From the NCBI RefSeq assembly GCF_006345805.1, contig NC_043002.1, forward strand, positions 73,904,001 to 73,968,000: a DNA stretch of 64,000 bases, read 5' to 3'. The notes under the pieces are model-generated. The model did no database searches. It was given only the letters and a program-made list of their open reading frames with translations, and was not told the origin of the DNA. The stretch is from Octopus sinensis (lineage: Eukaryota). Position numbers and translations under genes: made by a program. Of the stretch, positions 14,266 through 26,688 are shown piece by piece. Positions within the stretch are counted from its first letter, which is position 1; each line of letters begins with the position of its first letter.

Positions 14266-14621
14266 TTAACTCTTTAGCATTCAGACTACTCTACCAAATG
14301 TAATGCTTAGCTATTCATATTGTTTAGAAATTAATCATACATATTTTATGTTCAAACAACCCGGATCTAGCCTCTCACACCTACACTACAATGTCATTCT
14401 AAAAATATACAACCACATCATCAAAATTTCAAGCCCATGAGATAATTATCATCATCATCATTTAACACGGATGTTAAATGAGGATGATTATCTCATAGCC
14501 TTGAAATATTGATGATTTGGTTGTATATTTTTAGAATGACATTGTAGTGTAGGTGTGAGAGGCTAGATCTGGCTGGTTTGAACATAAAACAGTCCGAATA
14601 TAGCCACTTTAAAAGGATTAA
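14266..14621. mobile_element. piggyBac-like TTAA MITE carrying an internal inverted duplication
   Basis: TTAACTCTTTAGCATT left end and TTTAAAAGGATTAA right end, with TTAA at 14266-14269 and 14618-14621. Confidence 0.55.
14344..14589. repeat. Inverted repeat (foldback) with ~120-bp arms and a 4-nt loop (CGGA, 14468-14471)
   Basis: GATCTAGCCTCTCACACCTACACTACAATGTCATTCTAAAAATATACAACCA is mirrored exactly by TGGTTGTATATTTTTAGAATGACATTGTAGTGTAGGTGTGAGAGGCTAGATC. Confidence 0.95.
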
Positions 14622-15659
14622 GCCAATGAGAATCATGTGTACTGTCTACAAACACAGGACCAGTGGTAGCTAAAGACAATGACAAGATACAAAACATCCA
14701 CCCTTCTGTTGGTGGTCTGATAACTAATCAACTTGCCTAGCTATGAATTTACAAATATATAAAACATAATCATTATTTTTTGCAATTCTGTTAATAATTA
14801 CTCAAACATCATTATCAGCAATTTATATTCTTTAACATTATTCAAAAATTTTATTGTGTTCTAGTTACCTTTGTTGATATCAAGAGAAGACTACTACAAA
14901 AGCAACACACTATCAACACAAAATTTGGTTAAATTATAGACATATCAGTTCCTGTCTTAATAAAGAAATGCAGTATAAGATTAATAACTTTTAATAGTAT
15001 TTTTTAATTTATCATTTAAAACTATAACCTCAAATGATTAGCATAACAAAAAGAGTTATTTAATGAGAAGGTCATCTATGACTGAATAATTAATATGATT
15101 TACCAAACTATTTCAATAAGCAATGATTGAATGCTGTATAACAAATATTTTATTGTTTTTGTTTTTCATACTAAAAATAATTCTTATGGCTTATAGATAA
15201 GTCATTGCTTGCTCTACTATTCACCCTCTTGGTCATGTTTCCCAGAGCAAACAGACATACTTTACCATTTTGAGCCATCTTTAGTCTTACAAGGTACAAT
15301 GCAACCTCACTAACGCTGGTACCATGATAAAATACACCCAGTACACTCTAAAATGGCTAGCAAATGAGTAGAAATAATATAGGGTCAAGAGGACCCTTTA
15401 TTCTTGTCAAGGACATGACAACCTCTCTAGTGCTGGGCCATAATAAAATGCATCAAGCACTGTAAAGTGATTAGTATTAGGAAGGATATCTAACAGTAGA
15501 AACCAAAATAAAAATGAACTTATGAGTGAGACCTGGTCCTCCAACATTCTTAAGAGAGCAGTAACTCCAAATAAAAAGTGACTTAGACTGTGTTGACCTG
15601 TTCAACACATACTAGCAAGAAAAGCGATGTAAAATTATTATGATATCTATCTATCTATC

Positions 15660-16535
15660 TAGTAGATAATTTGTGCTCTCTAAGGGACCAAATTAGTAGC
15701 GGGAGTGGATGCACAGAGAGTATGATAGCTAAAATAATAGGATGGAGGAGATTTAGAGAGATGTTAACTTGCGAAAGGTTTCTCTCACCAAGTGGAAGGA
15801 AAATTGCATGATGCATGAACAACAATTCTAAATGGTAGTGCGACATGGACCCTGAATGCAGAGGACATGCAATGGTTACAGAAGAATGAGACTAGTATAC
15901 TCTGCTGCATATGTAATATAAGTGTACATGTTTGATAGGGTGCTAGTGTTTTGAGAGAGAAGTTAGGCATGAGAGGAATTAGATGCTGTGTGCAAAAGAG
16001 AAGACTGAGCTGGTTTGGTCATGTGATGCAGATGGCTACCTAAAGCTCCATAAGAATGACCTCAGGATGCTGAGCCTTGCAGGTGAGATGACAAAGGATT
16101 AGGATGCCTGGCGCCTTGCTGTTCTTAAGAAAAGCTGTACTCTGCAGCGGGAGTGTTGAGACTGATCCTTCTGGTGGTGTAAAGCACTCATGACGGTGCT
16201 ACATAAAAGTGCCTGAGTGGCGTCACACAAAAGCACCCGTGTGGTGCCATGTAAAAATGCCGGTGTGGTGCCACATAAAAGCACTCAGCTGGTCCCCTGG
16301 TGAAGAGAACTGGTCTGCAAGAGTCCTGTGCTGGTGCCATGTAAAATCACTCACGCAGTGCGATGTAAAAGCACCCAGCACACTCTGTAAAGTGTTTTGC
16401 GTTAGGAAGGGCATCGAGTTGTAGAAACCATGCCTAGTCAGACTGGAGCCTGGTGCAGATCTCCAGCTCTGGGCAAATCGTCCAACCCATGCCAGCATGG
16501 ACAATGGACGTTAAATGATGATGGTGATGATGATC
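15660..16535 (+). mobile_element. 5'-truncated degenerate RTE-clade LINE: ORF C-terminus, 3' UTR and (GAT)n tail
   Basis: Decayed motifs (..TWTLNAEDMQWLQKNETSIL.., RRLSWFGHV) followed directly by the GTTAGGAAGGGCATC..AACCCATGCCAGCATGG..GACGTTAAATGATGATG tail. Confidence 0.75.
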
Positions 16536-16719
16536 ACACACACACACACACACACTTCATCACCACTTGTATCACTTTCTAATTTCTCACTCCACCCTCT
16601 TTTATAAATGTTAGTAATCATGTCACTCTTCTAAGTAAGAAATGTGTTCTGCTCTGCTTCCCACTCTACTCCTTACCCTTCTAGTATAAAGTTTCCCCCT
16701 CTCTATTCGGGTTACATAG

Positions 16720-16927
16720 TCTTGCAAGCTGCATGGTAGCCTCACTAGCACTGATGACACGCAAAAAGCACCCAACAAACACTGTAAAATGGTTGGCATT
16801 CAGAAGGGCATAGAAATAACATCAAACACTGATACACAAAACGGTCCTTGGGTCATTGGAACCTAAATTGTCTAACCCATGCCAGCATGGAACACTGATA
16901 TTAAATGAGGAGGTTGATGATGATGAA
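16720..16927 (+). mobile_element. RTE 3' UTR tail copy
   Basis: TGGTTGGCATTCAGAAGGGCAT..AACCCATGCCAGCATGGAA..TTAAATGAGGAGGTTGATGATGATG. Confidence 0.7.
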
Positions 16928-18036
16928 TTTTATAAGTGATTTCTTGAATGTATTGTGCCCAACTTATTTTAAAAATTTCCCCAGTTGATAACTAGATCCA
17001 AATGAATTGATCAAATAAAGTTAGTATTACCGAAAGTAACAATAATAATACTCATTTATTTATTTATTGATAGTTTTTCATTCTCTAAACTACTTTCAAA
17101 TTATCCAGACTAAAAAGTTACATAACCGAGTCATTTTCATATCCTGAAGTAAAACCCCAGAAAGAATACTGTATTGTCTAATTGAGCTGAAAAATATCAT
17201 TATACTATTCCCCTGTTTTGCAATCCATAAATTCACATAAGATATATTATTAAAAAACAGTGCTTTAGTGACTAATTGCAATAACAATTGATTTTCTAAC
17301 TAAATGTGACAAATCAAACACAAAATAGAAGCTAGCACACACACACACACACATATACACACTCAAAACAGCATAGCTGACCAATCAATTTGTGATACTA
17401 AACTTATTATGAATTAAAAATTACCTTTCAAAGAGGCTAACAGCGATCTAAGAATAGTTTAATAAGTTACAGATAAGAAGTGATATGACGGAATGATTTT
17501 TAAATTCCATGATCATATTGTTAATAGCAAGAAATAATATAAAATAATCAGTGAGAATGACTAACTCTTTCAAAATATACAAAGAATCTTTAGAATTTTA
17601 TTTGATTAAAATCATGTTCATATGCAACTATTCTAAATTTTTAGTATATCAAAAGTGGAGTAGGCTAAAATTATAGATACTGTTGCATTGTGTTTTGAGG
17701 CAAGGAATCTTATTGTATTTACCTCACAGTAAAGCTAGTTGGAAAACATTCAACAGCATAAATGAAGGGATTTTTTTTGTTTTGTTTTTATGATAGAAGA
17801 TCCAGTCATAAAACACCTTGTTTTAACGACACATGCAAATGTCTAAATTCAAATATAACACATGCAAGCAGAGAAACATGTAACAAGAAAAAAATCTAGT
17901 ATAAACTAATATTTTTGTAGTATATGATTTTTAAAAAAATTCCAATTCCCAGTTTTCTATAACACTGTCCTGATGAATAAAACCACAGATTCCCGATCTA
18001 TGGGAGAAGAATTCAATCTCATTTTGGAAGTGGAGT

Positions 18037-18101
18037 TCAAATTTCATTGATTGGTTTCACATCTGTTAATGGATTGGAGCTGAAAGTGTTGTAAAAATAT
18101 C
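18037..18101 (-). CDS. Candidate alternative terminal exon (GYFYNTFSSNPLTDVKPINEI*), in phase with 18343-18446
   Basis: TTCTGTAG| acceptor at 18102-18103; phase-1 reading continues the upstream exon to TGA at 18039-18037; weak pyrimidine tract. Confidence 0.25.
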
Positions 18102-18342
18102 CTACAGAATGTCAAATTCCATCAAATATTGCACAATACTTAAAACACAAACACTTAAAATTTATATAACACATACTAAATAAGCTATAATATATCAATA
18201 TTTAACAATAATCATCTTAATTAAAATTAAACTATACAGAGCATAGCCATATTAAATTATGTTTAAGCAGACAAGTAACATTAACAACATTTAATATCAA
18301 TTTAAAGTTTCATTCATATTTTTGGAAGAAAACAATGCTAAC

Positions 18343-18446
18343 CTTTTTCTTGTTCTCTCCTAGTAAATTCCTCTTCTTGGCGTCTTTCAATTTCTTCCAG
18401 TACACGTCTCATTTCTTCATTACGATGAAGTTTTTCATAATTATCT
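18343..18446 (-). CDS. Coding exon of the minus-strand host gene, charged helical peptide DNYEKLHRNEEMRRVLEEIERRQEEEFTRREQEK
   Basis: Strong acceptor TTTTTCTTATGTAG|, 104 nt open frame with E/R/K-rich composition, donor AAAAAG|GTTAGC (phase 1). Confidence 0.65.
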
Positions 18447-18909
18447 CTACATAAGAAAAAGGAACAAAACTAAAAACAAATATCATAAATTATGAGGTGT
18501 TTGAAAAATATTCCCTAACACTGATTTGTATTGGACCAGTGATATAATTCATCATCATCATCACAGCTTAACATCCAATTTTGCATATCCAAATTAAAGA
18601 CCCTAAAAGTTAATTAATTGTGGATTGTAAAGCATACTAATAAGATATGTACAGTACCTTGCTCAAGGTCAAAAGATTCTATCAAGTAAAATAGATACTA
18701 GATCCATACAATGACAAAGAAATTAAGAAACATCCTTACAGAAATGTCTAGCATAAAAACATCCTCACCTGATTTTTCTGCTATCAACAAGTATTCAACA
18801 GGTTTCTCTAGAGCCACATTTAGCATCAGCTGATCTAATTGAAGTTACTCATAAAATGATAATATGAAATTTGAAAACTATAATATCAAACTATAATTTA
18901 ACTCTCTTG

Positions 18910-19048
18910 GAGTGGTTGGCATTAGGAAGGGCATCCATCCATAGAAACCAGGCTAAGTCAGACTGGAACCCAGTGCAGCTCTCTGGCTTACCAGTTCCTG
19001 TCAAACCATCTAACCCATGGAAAGCAGACGTCAAATAATGATGATGAT
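18910..19048 (+). mobile_element. RTE 3' UTR tail copy
   Basis: GTGGTTGGCATTAGGAAGGGCATCCA..AACCCATGGAAAGCAGACGTCAAATAATGATGATGAT. Confidence 0.7.
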
Positions 19049-19139
19049 CGCCAATACTTTATTATCTCCCCTACTTTCTACCTCTCCTGTCAAAACTTGT
19101 TTTTTCCAACAAGCCACCATGCCTGATCACTAAATCCAC

Positions 19140-19305
19140 AAGTTTCTTTATTCTCTCACTGTTTATTTTCTCTTATTCCTTTCTGTTGAAGAGCGTAGGC
19201 TCGTAACATGAAAGATTTTCTCGCTTTCCTTAGTGTCAAACTAATACACCTGCTTGTTGGTCATAAACCTGTCTTCGTCTTTTGTTTTTCTGTAAATTTC
19301 AACTA
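19140..19305 (+). mobile_element. Penelope-like element remnant with a degenerate minimal hammerhead motif
   Basis: CTGTTGA-A-GAGC-GTAG-GCTC-GTAA at 19183-19206 (compare CUGANGA-stem II-GAAA), T-rich flanks, ends at (TA)n. Confidence 0.45.
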
Positions 19306-21249
19306 TATAATATATATATATATATATATATATTTCAACAGTCAAGTATAATCAAAATTACCTTGATATTATACTTAATTATTAAGCATTCAACTAATAT
19401 ATGTTGGATACAACCTATGTTCAAAAAAGATGATCAAACTATATAAAAAATAATCTTGGAAACATCCTGGTTTATCATTGCTATCACTATTTTAGCCGGT
19501 TTGGAAGACAGTCACATTTGATATGCTGACTGTCAGTCAATCTAGAATATCAGAGAAAAAGGTGGCATGCTACTAAAGGCATCATTTCATAAAGATCCTC
19601 AACCTCAACACACATTCTCACACTCTCAGAAACACATATGCACTGAAGTCAATGATGATGATGATGGTGGTTTGTCCTTGTGAATGGCCACTTTTCAAGT
19701 AAGTAATATCTACTTTTTGCTAAAAAGACTAAGTCAAAAATTTAACTTAGTTATAGGATCCAATATCTTTACATTGTCCAACATAATTATGATATAACTA
19801 AGTCACATAATACAATAATGTCCAGGACATTATCAAAATTAACCAATGGACAAAGTGTCTTTATTGACTGAGAAGGTGATAACCAAAATGTATTAGAATG
19901 GATTTTATAAGTAACTTTTACATCTATTTGTTTCAGCCAGAAGCTGTGACCAAGCTGGAGCACTGGGCTATGAATAGAATGAATAAAATTCATAGCTTGT
20001 CATATTACAAGAATAAATAACCAGTGAGTTCTTGCATGAACTACTATAAAATATAAATGAATTTGATTCATCTACCTACCACTCCCAGTGTTTCACAGCT
20101 GTGAAAATCTGAATCACCACTACTTATGACTCACATCTACAAAACAGTGAGGTTTGGTGCATTCTTCAATAATATCTAAAGAATCTGTTGTTTTAGGAAT
20201 GTGTGTGCCTTGTGCATATTTAGTGCATGCATATGCAAAATGTCTTATTTTTAGTTTATGACTGTCCATATACAGTCCCCTTTTACCACGATCTCACTTC
20301 CACCATCACCCTTTATCATGATACCTATCTAATGAGTAAGGACATTAGATTTGTCCATATTCAATACCAACATCCAACCACTCTATGGGAGTGGTAGCTT
20401 TAAATAAAAAAAGATTCAAACTGTAACAGCCAACCCAATCCAACCCAACCCAGTATGGAAAAATAGATACAAAATGAAGATGATAACAATGACAAAGACA
20501 ACTGAATTCCAAATATCACATATGTATGCAATGGATCTAGGATTCCTCTTGATATCTCAATTTTTTCAATAAAGTTTTATTTTTATCTTTTTATTTATTT
20601 TTTTTCATCAGCAGTGTTAGCTGCAACGAAATTTACAAACTGAAGAGGGGTTACAAGGTTACTACATGTCAGACTGCAGGAAAAGAGGTCCTTTTAGAGT
20701 GTGTTACCTTTTTTTTAACACCTTTATTATTGATTTTACATCAGTTTTCCATACTGGCAAAGAGTGAGGAGAGATGTAGCATTTGTTGTTTCAGATGTTT
20801 ATAACTGTTAATGGAATACTCCAAGACACCCCATTCTTTAACTATTTCACTCCACACCTCTATAGGACTCAACATGCTTAATACAAGAATGGTGGAATAC
20901 TTTAATTTAAACTACACAAGGGCTTATAAGAGTCACATACAAAGCATTTTGTATACATAAACCAAACTATTGAAATTTTCCATAGAAGTAGTCAAAGCGA
21001 CAACACAAAAACCCAAATTATAGAAATTATAAATTATTTAAATTCTACATGAAACTTGTTTTATTTTTATTTATACACTAACTGGTCCACTACATTAATA
21101 TTAATGTCCAGCTATAGCACATCTGAAATATTAGTTCTCCATTAACCTACAAGTCATCCCACTATGTTTTATTTTTTTTTTGTGTGTGCCCATCACTAAG
21201 TAATACCTACAGCTTCTTGAAGCAAGACCAGGTCATACTTTGATACTAA

Positions 21250-23549
21250 CACTGGTCAACAACAAAACTGTCTAAAATTTTTTTAGCTGATTCAGGACAA
21301 TTTTGATGTGCTAAATCCAAAAATCACATTAGTTTTGCTCAATTAGGCCAGCTTTTTGAACTATGGCTACGTTATTTTTTATGTTTTTGTTTACATGTAC
21401 AGGTATTTTTGCTTTATATGATGCAAAATTCTTTTTTATTTCTTGAAATAAACAAACCCAGAAGAGTTTGCATGTGCCTATTCATGACTAATTGGTATTT
21501 TTATTTTACAGATGAATGAAATGGCTTCGACCAGAAGATCTTGTAAATGTAAGCCCAACGTATTCTGCTACATCTGCAGTGAATATACCATTGTTCCAAA
21601 CAGGCATCCAGTCACAAGTTTCATAAAACATGCTTACCACGCTTATTTTGGTATTAAACCTGGTGACCAGGATAAAGCTTAGCCGCCATACATAGCATGC
21701 AAAGCATGCACCAAGAATCTACGTCAGTGGACCAAAGGCAAGAAGAGTTGTCTGAAGTTTGGAATTCCCATTGTTTGGAGGGAGCCAACAAACCATGGCA
21801 CTGACTGCTATTTCTGAGCTATTGATGTGACTGGGATCAACAGAAAGAACCGGAGCAGCTTCAAGTATTCTGATCTTCAATCAGAATGTCATCCTGTAGC
21901 TCAATGTGATGAAATTCCAGTACCTGTCTTCAAGAAGATGATGAAGAAGTAGTTCTTGATGATGATGCTCAACATCCTTTTTCCAATAGGGAGTAAATGA
22001 TCTAGTTTGCGATCACGGATTGTCAAAGTCCTCTGCTAAACTGTTGGCATCCAGATTGAAGGAAAAAATCCTCCTCTCTGACAGTGCTTGCATCACCTTC
22101 TGCCGCAATAGACATCAAGAATACTTCCATTTTTTTCTCTGCAAAGAAGGACTTGGTGTACTGTACAGATATTGCTCATCTTCTGCACAAGCTTGGAGTG
22201 CCACAGTATGAACCCAAAGATTGGAGACTATTCATTGACAGCAGCAAGCGATCGCTGAAATGTGTTCTGCTGCACAATGGCAACCAGTTTGCCTCTCTAC
22301 CCCTGACTCACTCAACTACACTGAAGGAGAAGTATAAAGCAGTGAAGTATGTGCTGAAGAAAATTTGTTATGATCAGCATCAGTGGTTTATTTGTATTGA
22401 CCTGGAGATGGTGAATTTTTTGTTAGGACAACAGTCTGAATACACCAAGTACCCATGCTTTCTTTGCATGTGGGATAGTAGGGACTGCTCAGCATTACAA
22501 GAAGAAGGACTGGCCTTTGAGGGGGGAATTGGTGCCTTGCAGAGCTAAGAACCTCATAAACAACCCTCTGGTGGACAGAAACAGAAATACTCTTCCCACC
22601 ACTGCACATCAAGCTCGGCTTGATCAAGCAATTCACTAAAGCTCTGGACAAGGATGGTGGCTGCTTCACTTACATGTGCCAGGCTTTTCTAAGATTGACC
22701 ATTGAAAAGTTGAAAGCTGGTATCTTTGACAGTCCTTAAATCTGTCAGTGCATTAGAGATTGAGTTTGAAAACTCAATGAACAAAGTGAAGTACTTTCTT
22801 GGCAACAAGGCAAGGAACTACGCACTATGCAGAACTTGTCACAAATATGCTGACTGCTTTCAGAAATCTCGGATGCAACATGAGCATTAAAATACATTAC
22901 TTATTCTCACATATGAATCAGTTTCCTGAGAATCTGGGATCAATGAGTGGCGATTAGGGGGAGAGAGTCATCAGGACATGAAAGAGATGGAGACCAGGTA
23001 TCGGGGACACTGGGATGCAGTCATGATGGCAGATTACTGTTGAACTTTGAAGATACAGTCTTGCTGCTCAGCATTCTAGAGGTTCGAATAAACGCAAGTT
23101 CAAGCCCTGAATTTTGAACAATGACGACATAACATTTAATTTACATGTACTTATCTTTATCAGTGCCTACTATTCAATTTACAGTAATCAAAGTTTGTAA
23201 CATTTAACTGATAAATTGTGTAAGAAAACAATTTCTTATCTTAAAAACCTGTTTTGGATGAGAAATATTAACAAAAATCAACCGATAATGTTAGAAACAT
23301 GTAACCAATTTAATGAATGATATCCAAAGCGTCACACACATACACACTAACAAAAATCAACTGATTAAGTCAGAAAAACGCAATCAATTTAGTCAGAAGA
23401 TCGGATTTTTAAAAAAAATCAACTTAGCATAGAAACCTGACCCGATTGAGAGAAACAGATGTCATTTTCAGATTCAGCAGTGCAAACTTTTTCTAAACCA
23501 GTTGAAAAAACTAAAACAACTTACAAAATAATTTTTTTGTTATCCAGTG
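21250..23549 (+). mobile_element. Full-length Chapaev3-type (CMC superfamily) DNA transposon, 2300 bp
   Basis: Termini CACTGG...CCAGTG, 3-bp TAA TSD (21247-21249 and 23550-23552), long imperfect TIRs of about 110 bp, internal transposase relic. Confidence 0.85.
21521..23110 (+). pseudogene. Disrupted Chapaev3-type transposase
   Basis: Motifs CKCKPNVFCYIC, WRLFIDSSKRSLKCVLLHNGN, TKYPCFLCMWDSR, LPPLHIKLGLIKQF, GCNMSIKIHYLFSH, HQDMKEMETRY, with several stops and frameshifts. Confidence 0.85.
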
Positions 23550-24606
23550 TAATTAGAAATTTGGTCATCCAGCCTTTTAAACTAGATACCACTCTACTAA
23601 ACTCTATTTGAAACTTTTTGGCAGATGTTACATTTAGTAACTTGAAACAATGAGTGATTATTTGCACCTCTTGTGCATTCATTAAATGTGATGTTTTACA
23701 ACACAACAAAATACAGCCATATCCACCTTAAAAGCTCTTTTGAAGGTACTAGGCTCATCATTATTCACTAAGTGATGGGTTTTCTGAAGAAATAAATCTT
23801 AGATATAATCAGTATTCTTATTTTGCATTAGGGTTTCAGATCACAAATGTGATATTGAACAATTTTCAAGTAATGAATCTTTATTTATTTTTTATATAAT
23901 AGTTTAAAGTGAAGCATAATGACCAAATCATTTGCTTTCTCACAAAATTAAACATTAATGACAATTGTTTTTCATCTACAAGCAGCAACTCCATTGACTA
24001 ACACACTGGTACCTGAAATTTTAAGTTGTTACCACTGATAAAATGTACCTTAAATCTGAAATTTATTCCAAACAAAAAACAAAATTTAAAACTAAGTTCA
24101 CCAAGTTTTTAAAAATAAACACCAATTAAGTGAAATAAAAATGTAATACCAGAAAAATGTTGATAATTCTTTAAAAAAACTATTAAAAAAAATCCATAAA
24201 ATCTAATAGTATTAAAAGTCAGATCACAACTGTTCCACACTTCTACATAGTTAAAAAGATAGAATTCCATTAATAAAATCTTGAAACAATACACAAATGT
24301 TACTTTAATAACAATAAAAGCACCATTTGATCAACACAATATCAGAAGAATGAATATTAAGCCTGACAGCTTTTAAAACTCTGGTCAGGACTTATATATT
24401 TAACAAAAGAGTTAGCATTTCTATATTCAGATCATAATGTCCAAATGGAAAACATAATATAAATCTACAAAAATTTACAGTAATGACAGAACATCATAAA
24501 AAAACAAAACAAAAAGAAAACCATAAGCTTCATCAAATCAGTTCAAAATATGCTACTGTCAACTATGCTTCTTTTTTCTTTCAGTGAGTGAAATATAAGT
24601 ACTTAC

Positions 24607-24659
24607 GTCAATTCAGTCCAACTACCCAACCATCCCCATTACAGACAACTGGCCTTGTG
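24607..24659 (-). other. Candidate 53-nt exon (probably 5' UTR) of the minus-strand gene
   Basis: ATTTCTTTTGAGTCAG| acceptor and consensus GAC|GTAAGT donor; all three frames contain a stop. Confidence 0.3.
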
Positions 24660-24888
24660 CTGACTCAAAAGAAATCAATATTATATTTTCATTTACAAAT
24701 GTGTTTCTGACAAAGCAACTTTTTTCTCTTGCTTTTAAAACACTGGCATATCCAAAGTGGTTAAGAAGTTCTCTCCACAGCACAATGAATTTGATCACAC
24801 TGCAAAACACCTTGGACAAGTACAGAAAATGGAAACACTGAGGATCCTGTCAAATCATCCAACCCATTCCAACATAGAAAACAGACAT

Positions 24889-24937
<49 letters not shown>

Positions 24938-26688
24938 ATATGAAGTAATTAGGATGTGCTGTGTATGACTATCCCTAAGAAAAATAGAATTTGATTTATT
25001 TCAACAGGTTTGTTAAGAAAATTAGAAGATTCAATATTTCTCATTGTGCTCCATCCTTGGTCTAGTAATGAGAGAAATAGATATAGTTGTAGGTTTGGCT
25101 TGGATTAATTAGGTTGTATGTGATGTTGTGTCACTGTTTGTGGGGAGTGGAAGAAAGGGAGTGTATTTTCATTTTATTTTTTTTATCCATTAAGGCAAGT
25201 AGTGTTTGCACATTTATTCTGAGTGGTGGTAAATTTGGACAAAAACAAATCTTTTTCTTTGTAAAACATATATATATGCCTGTGTTTTAGTATACCATTG
25301 TAAATGTCAGTGCATCAATTTACATCTCTTTATGCAAAAATATAGAACATGGCCATATGATAAATAGAGATCAATAAAATAAGTACCAGACTGAAATAAA
25401 TACTGAGGTCAATGCTCCAGAATGGCAACAGTCCAAAAACTAAACACAAAATTGTATACCTTGAAAATATTGTAGTATGTTATAATGCACTTTGCATTCA
25501 CTATTTGTAAAATAGGTTACAGCTGCCACACTATATTGCCAGATTAGCATTTGGGAAACCACCTATAAAACCCTTGCCAGATTTATAAAAATATTTAAAT
25601 TTACAGAATCATCCAATGCATTCTGGAACATAGCAGCTTGTTTCATCAATATTTGCATGGATTGTACAGTTAAAAAACATGGATATATACATGAATTAAA
25701 AGGCAAATATTTTACAGCTGAATGTTGTTTACAAAGCTAATTAGTAAAGCTATGAATAGGATAGATTTTTAAACAGTTAATAGTTTATTTGAAATGATAA
25801 ATATTAAACAGATAAAAAGTGATGTACTTTAAAGGAGAAAAATAATGTGGAAACAAGTATAAGAGAAAAAGTGTGGCTGACAAAATGTCAAACTAATATT
25901 CATTGAAGAGATTACTAGGGAATAGAATAATGTTAAGGCATGAGAGCTATAATAGAAAATGCATATTGTAATAAGGGTTACTCTTTCTCAACTAAAATTC
26001 TTCAAGGGGTGAAGGAATTCCATCAAGGCCCATCATAGTTATGAAAAGAGAAATGATAGTTAAGGATAAGATTACAACAACAACCTTACTACTCTGATAA
26101 AAGATTAAAAGAAGATAACTATGAGACATTAAAAGAAAATTAATAGAGTATAAACTGGCAAAAGATGCGCCATTTACAAATGACCAACACAGTTGGCTCA
26201 TGCAGCAATAGCAAGTTAGTTTTCATGTATGGTTTGTCAAAAAGATGTAGTTCCATGTAAGCTGACTGCCAGTAACCCAAACAAAAATTACACTGCAGTA
26301 GTTGATAGTATAGTTGAAATCTTAAACCATTAAAACATTGAGCTTGTTCTTAGATAAGTTAAGTCACTTTGTTTCAGTTAACCTAGATAAAAAAATGTCT
26401 CATTCCCACTGCTTTCTTCAAAAAGTAAACCTGACAATACACACACCTGCACATAGAGGAAGCCATTTATTTTAATTATGGATAATGTTAACAAACAGTT
26501 ATCAAAATTAGCAGATTCCAAACTCTTTATTTAAAATCAATTAAAAACTGTCTGCCTACAAGAATTGAAGATCTTGATATTGCTGTTTATGTTATACGCT
26601 GATTATTGTTACCAACCAATTATTGTTATTGAAAAGACTTCATCCTAAAGTGATCACAATAAGTGTTTGATACAAAAAGGCAGTGCTA

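Noticed and set aside
17425-17447. 23-nt AG..AAG|GTAATT micro-exon candidate on the minus strand
   Set aside because: Contains a stop in the phase required by the 18343 donor and is not a multiple of three; no other support
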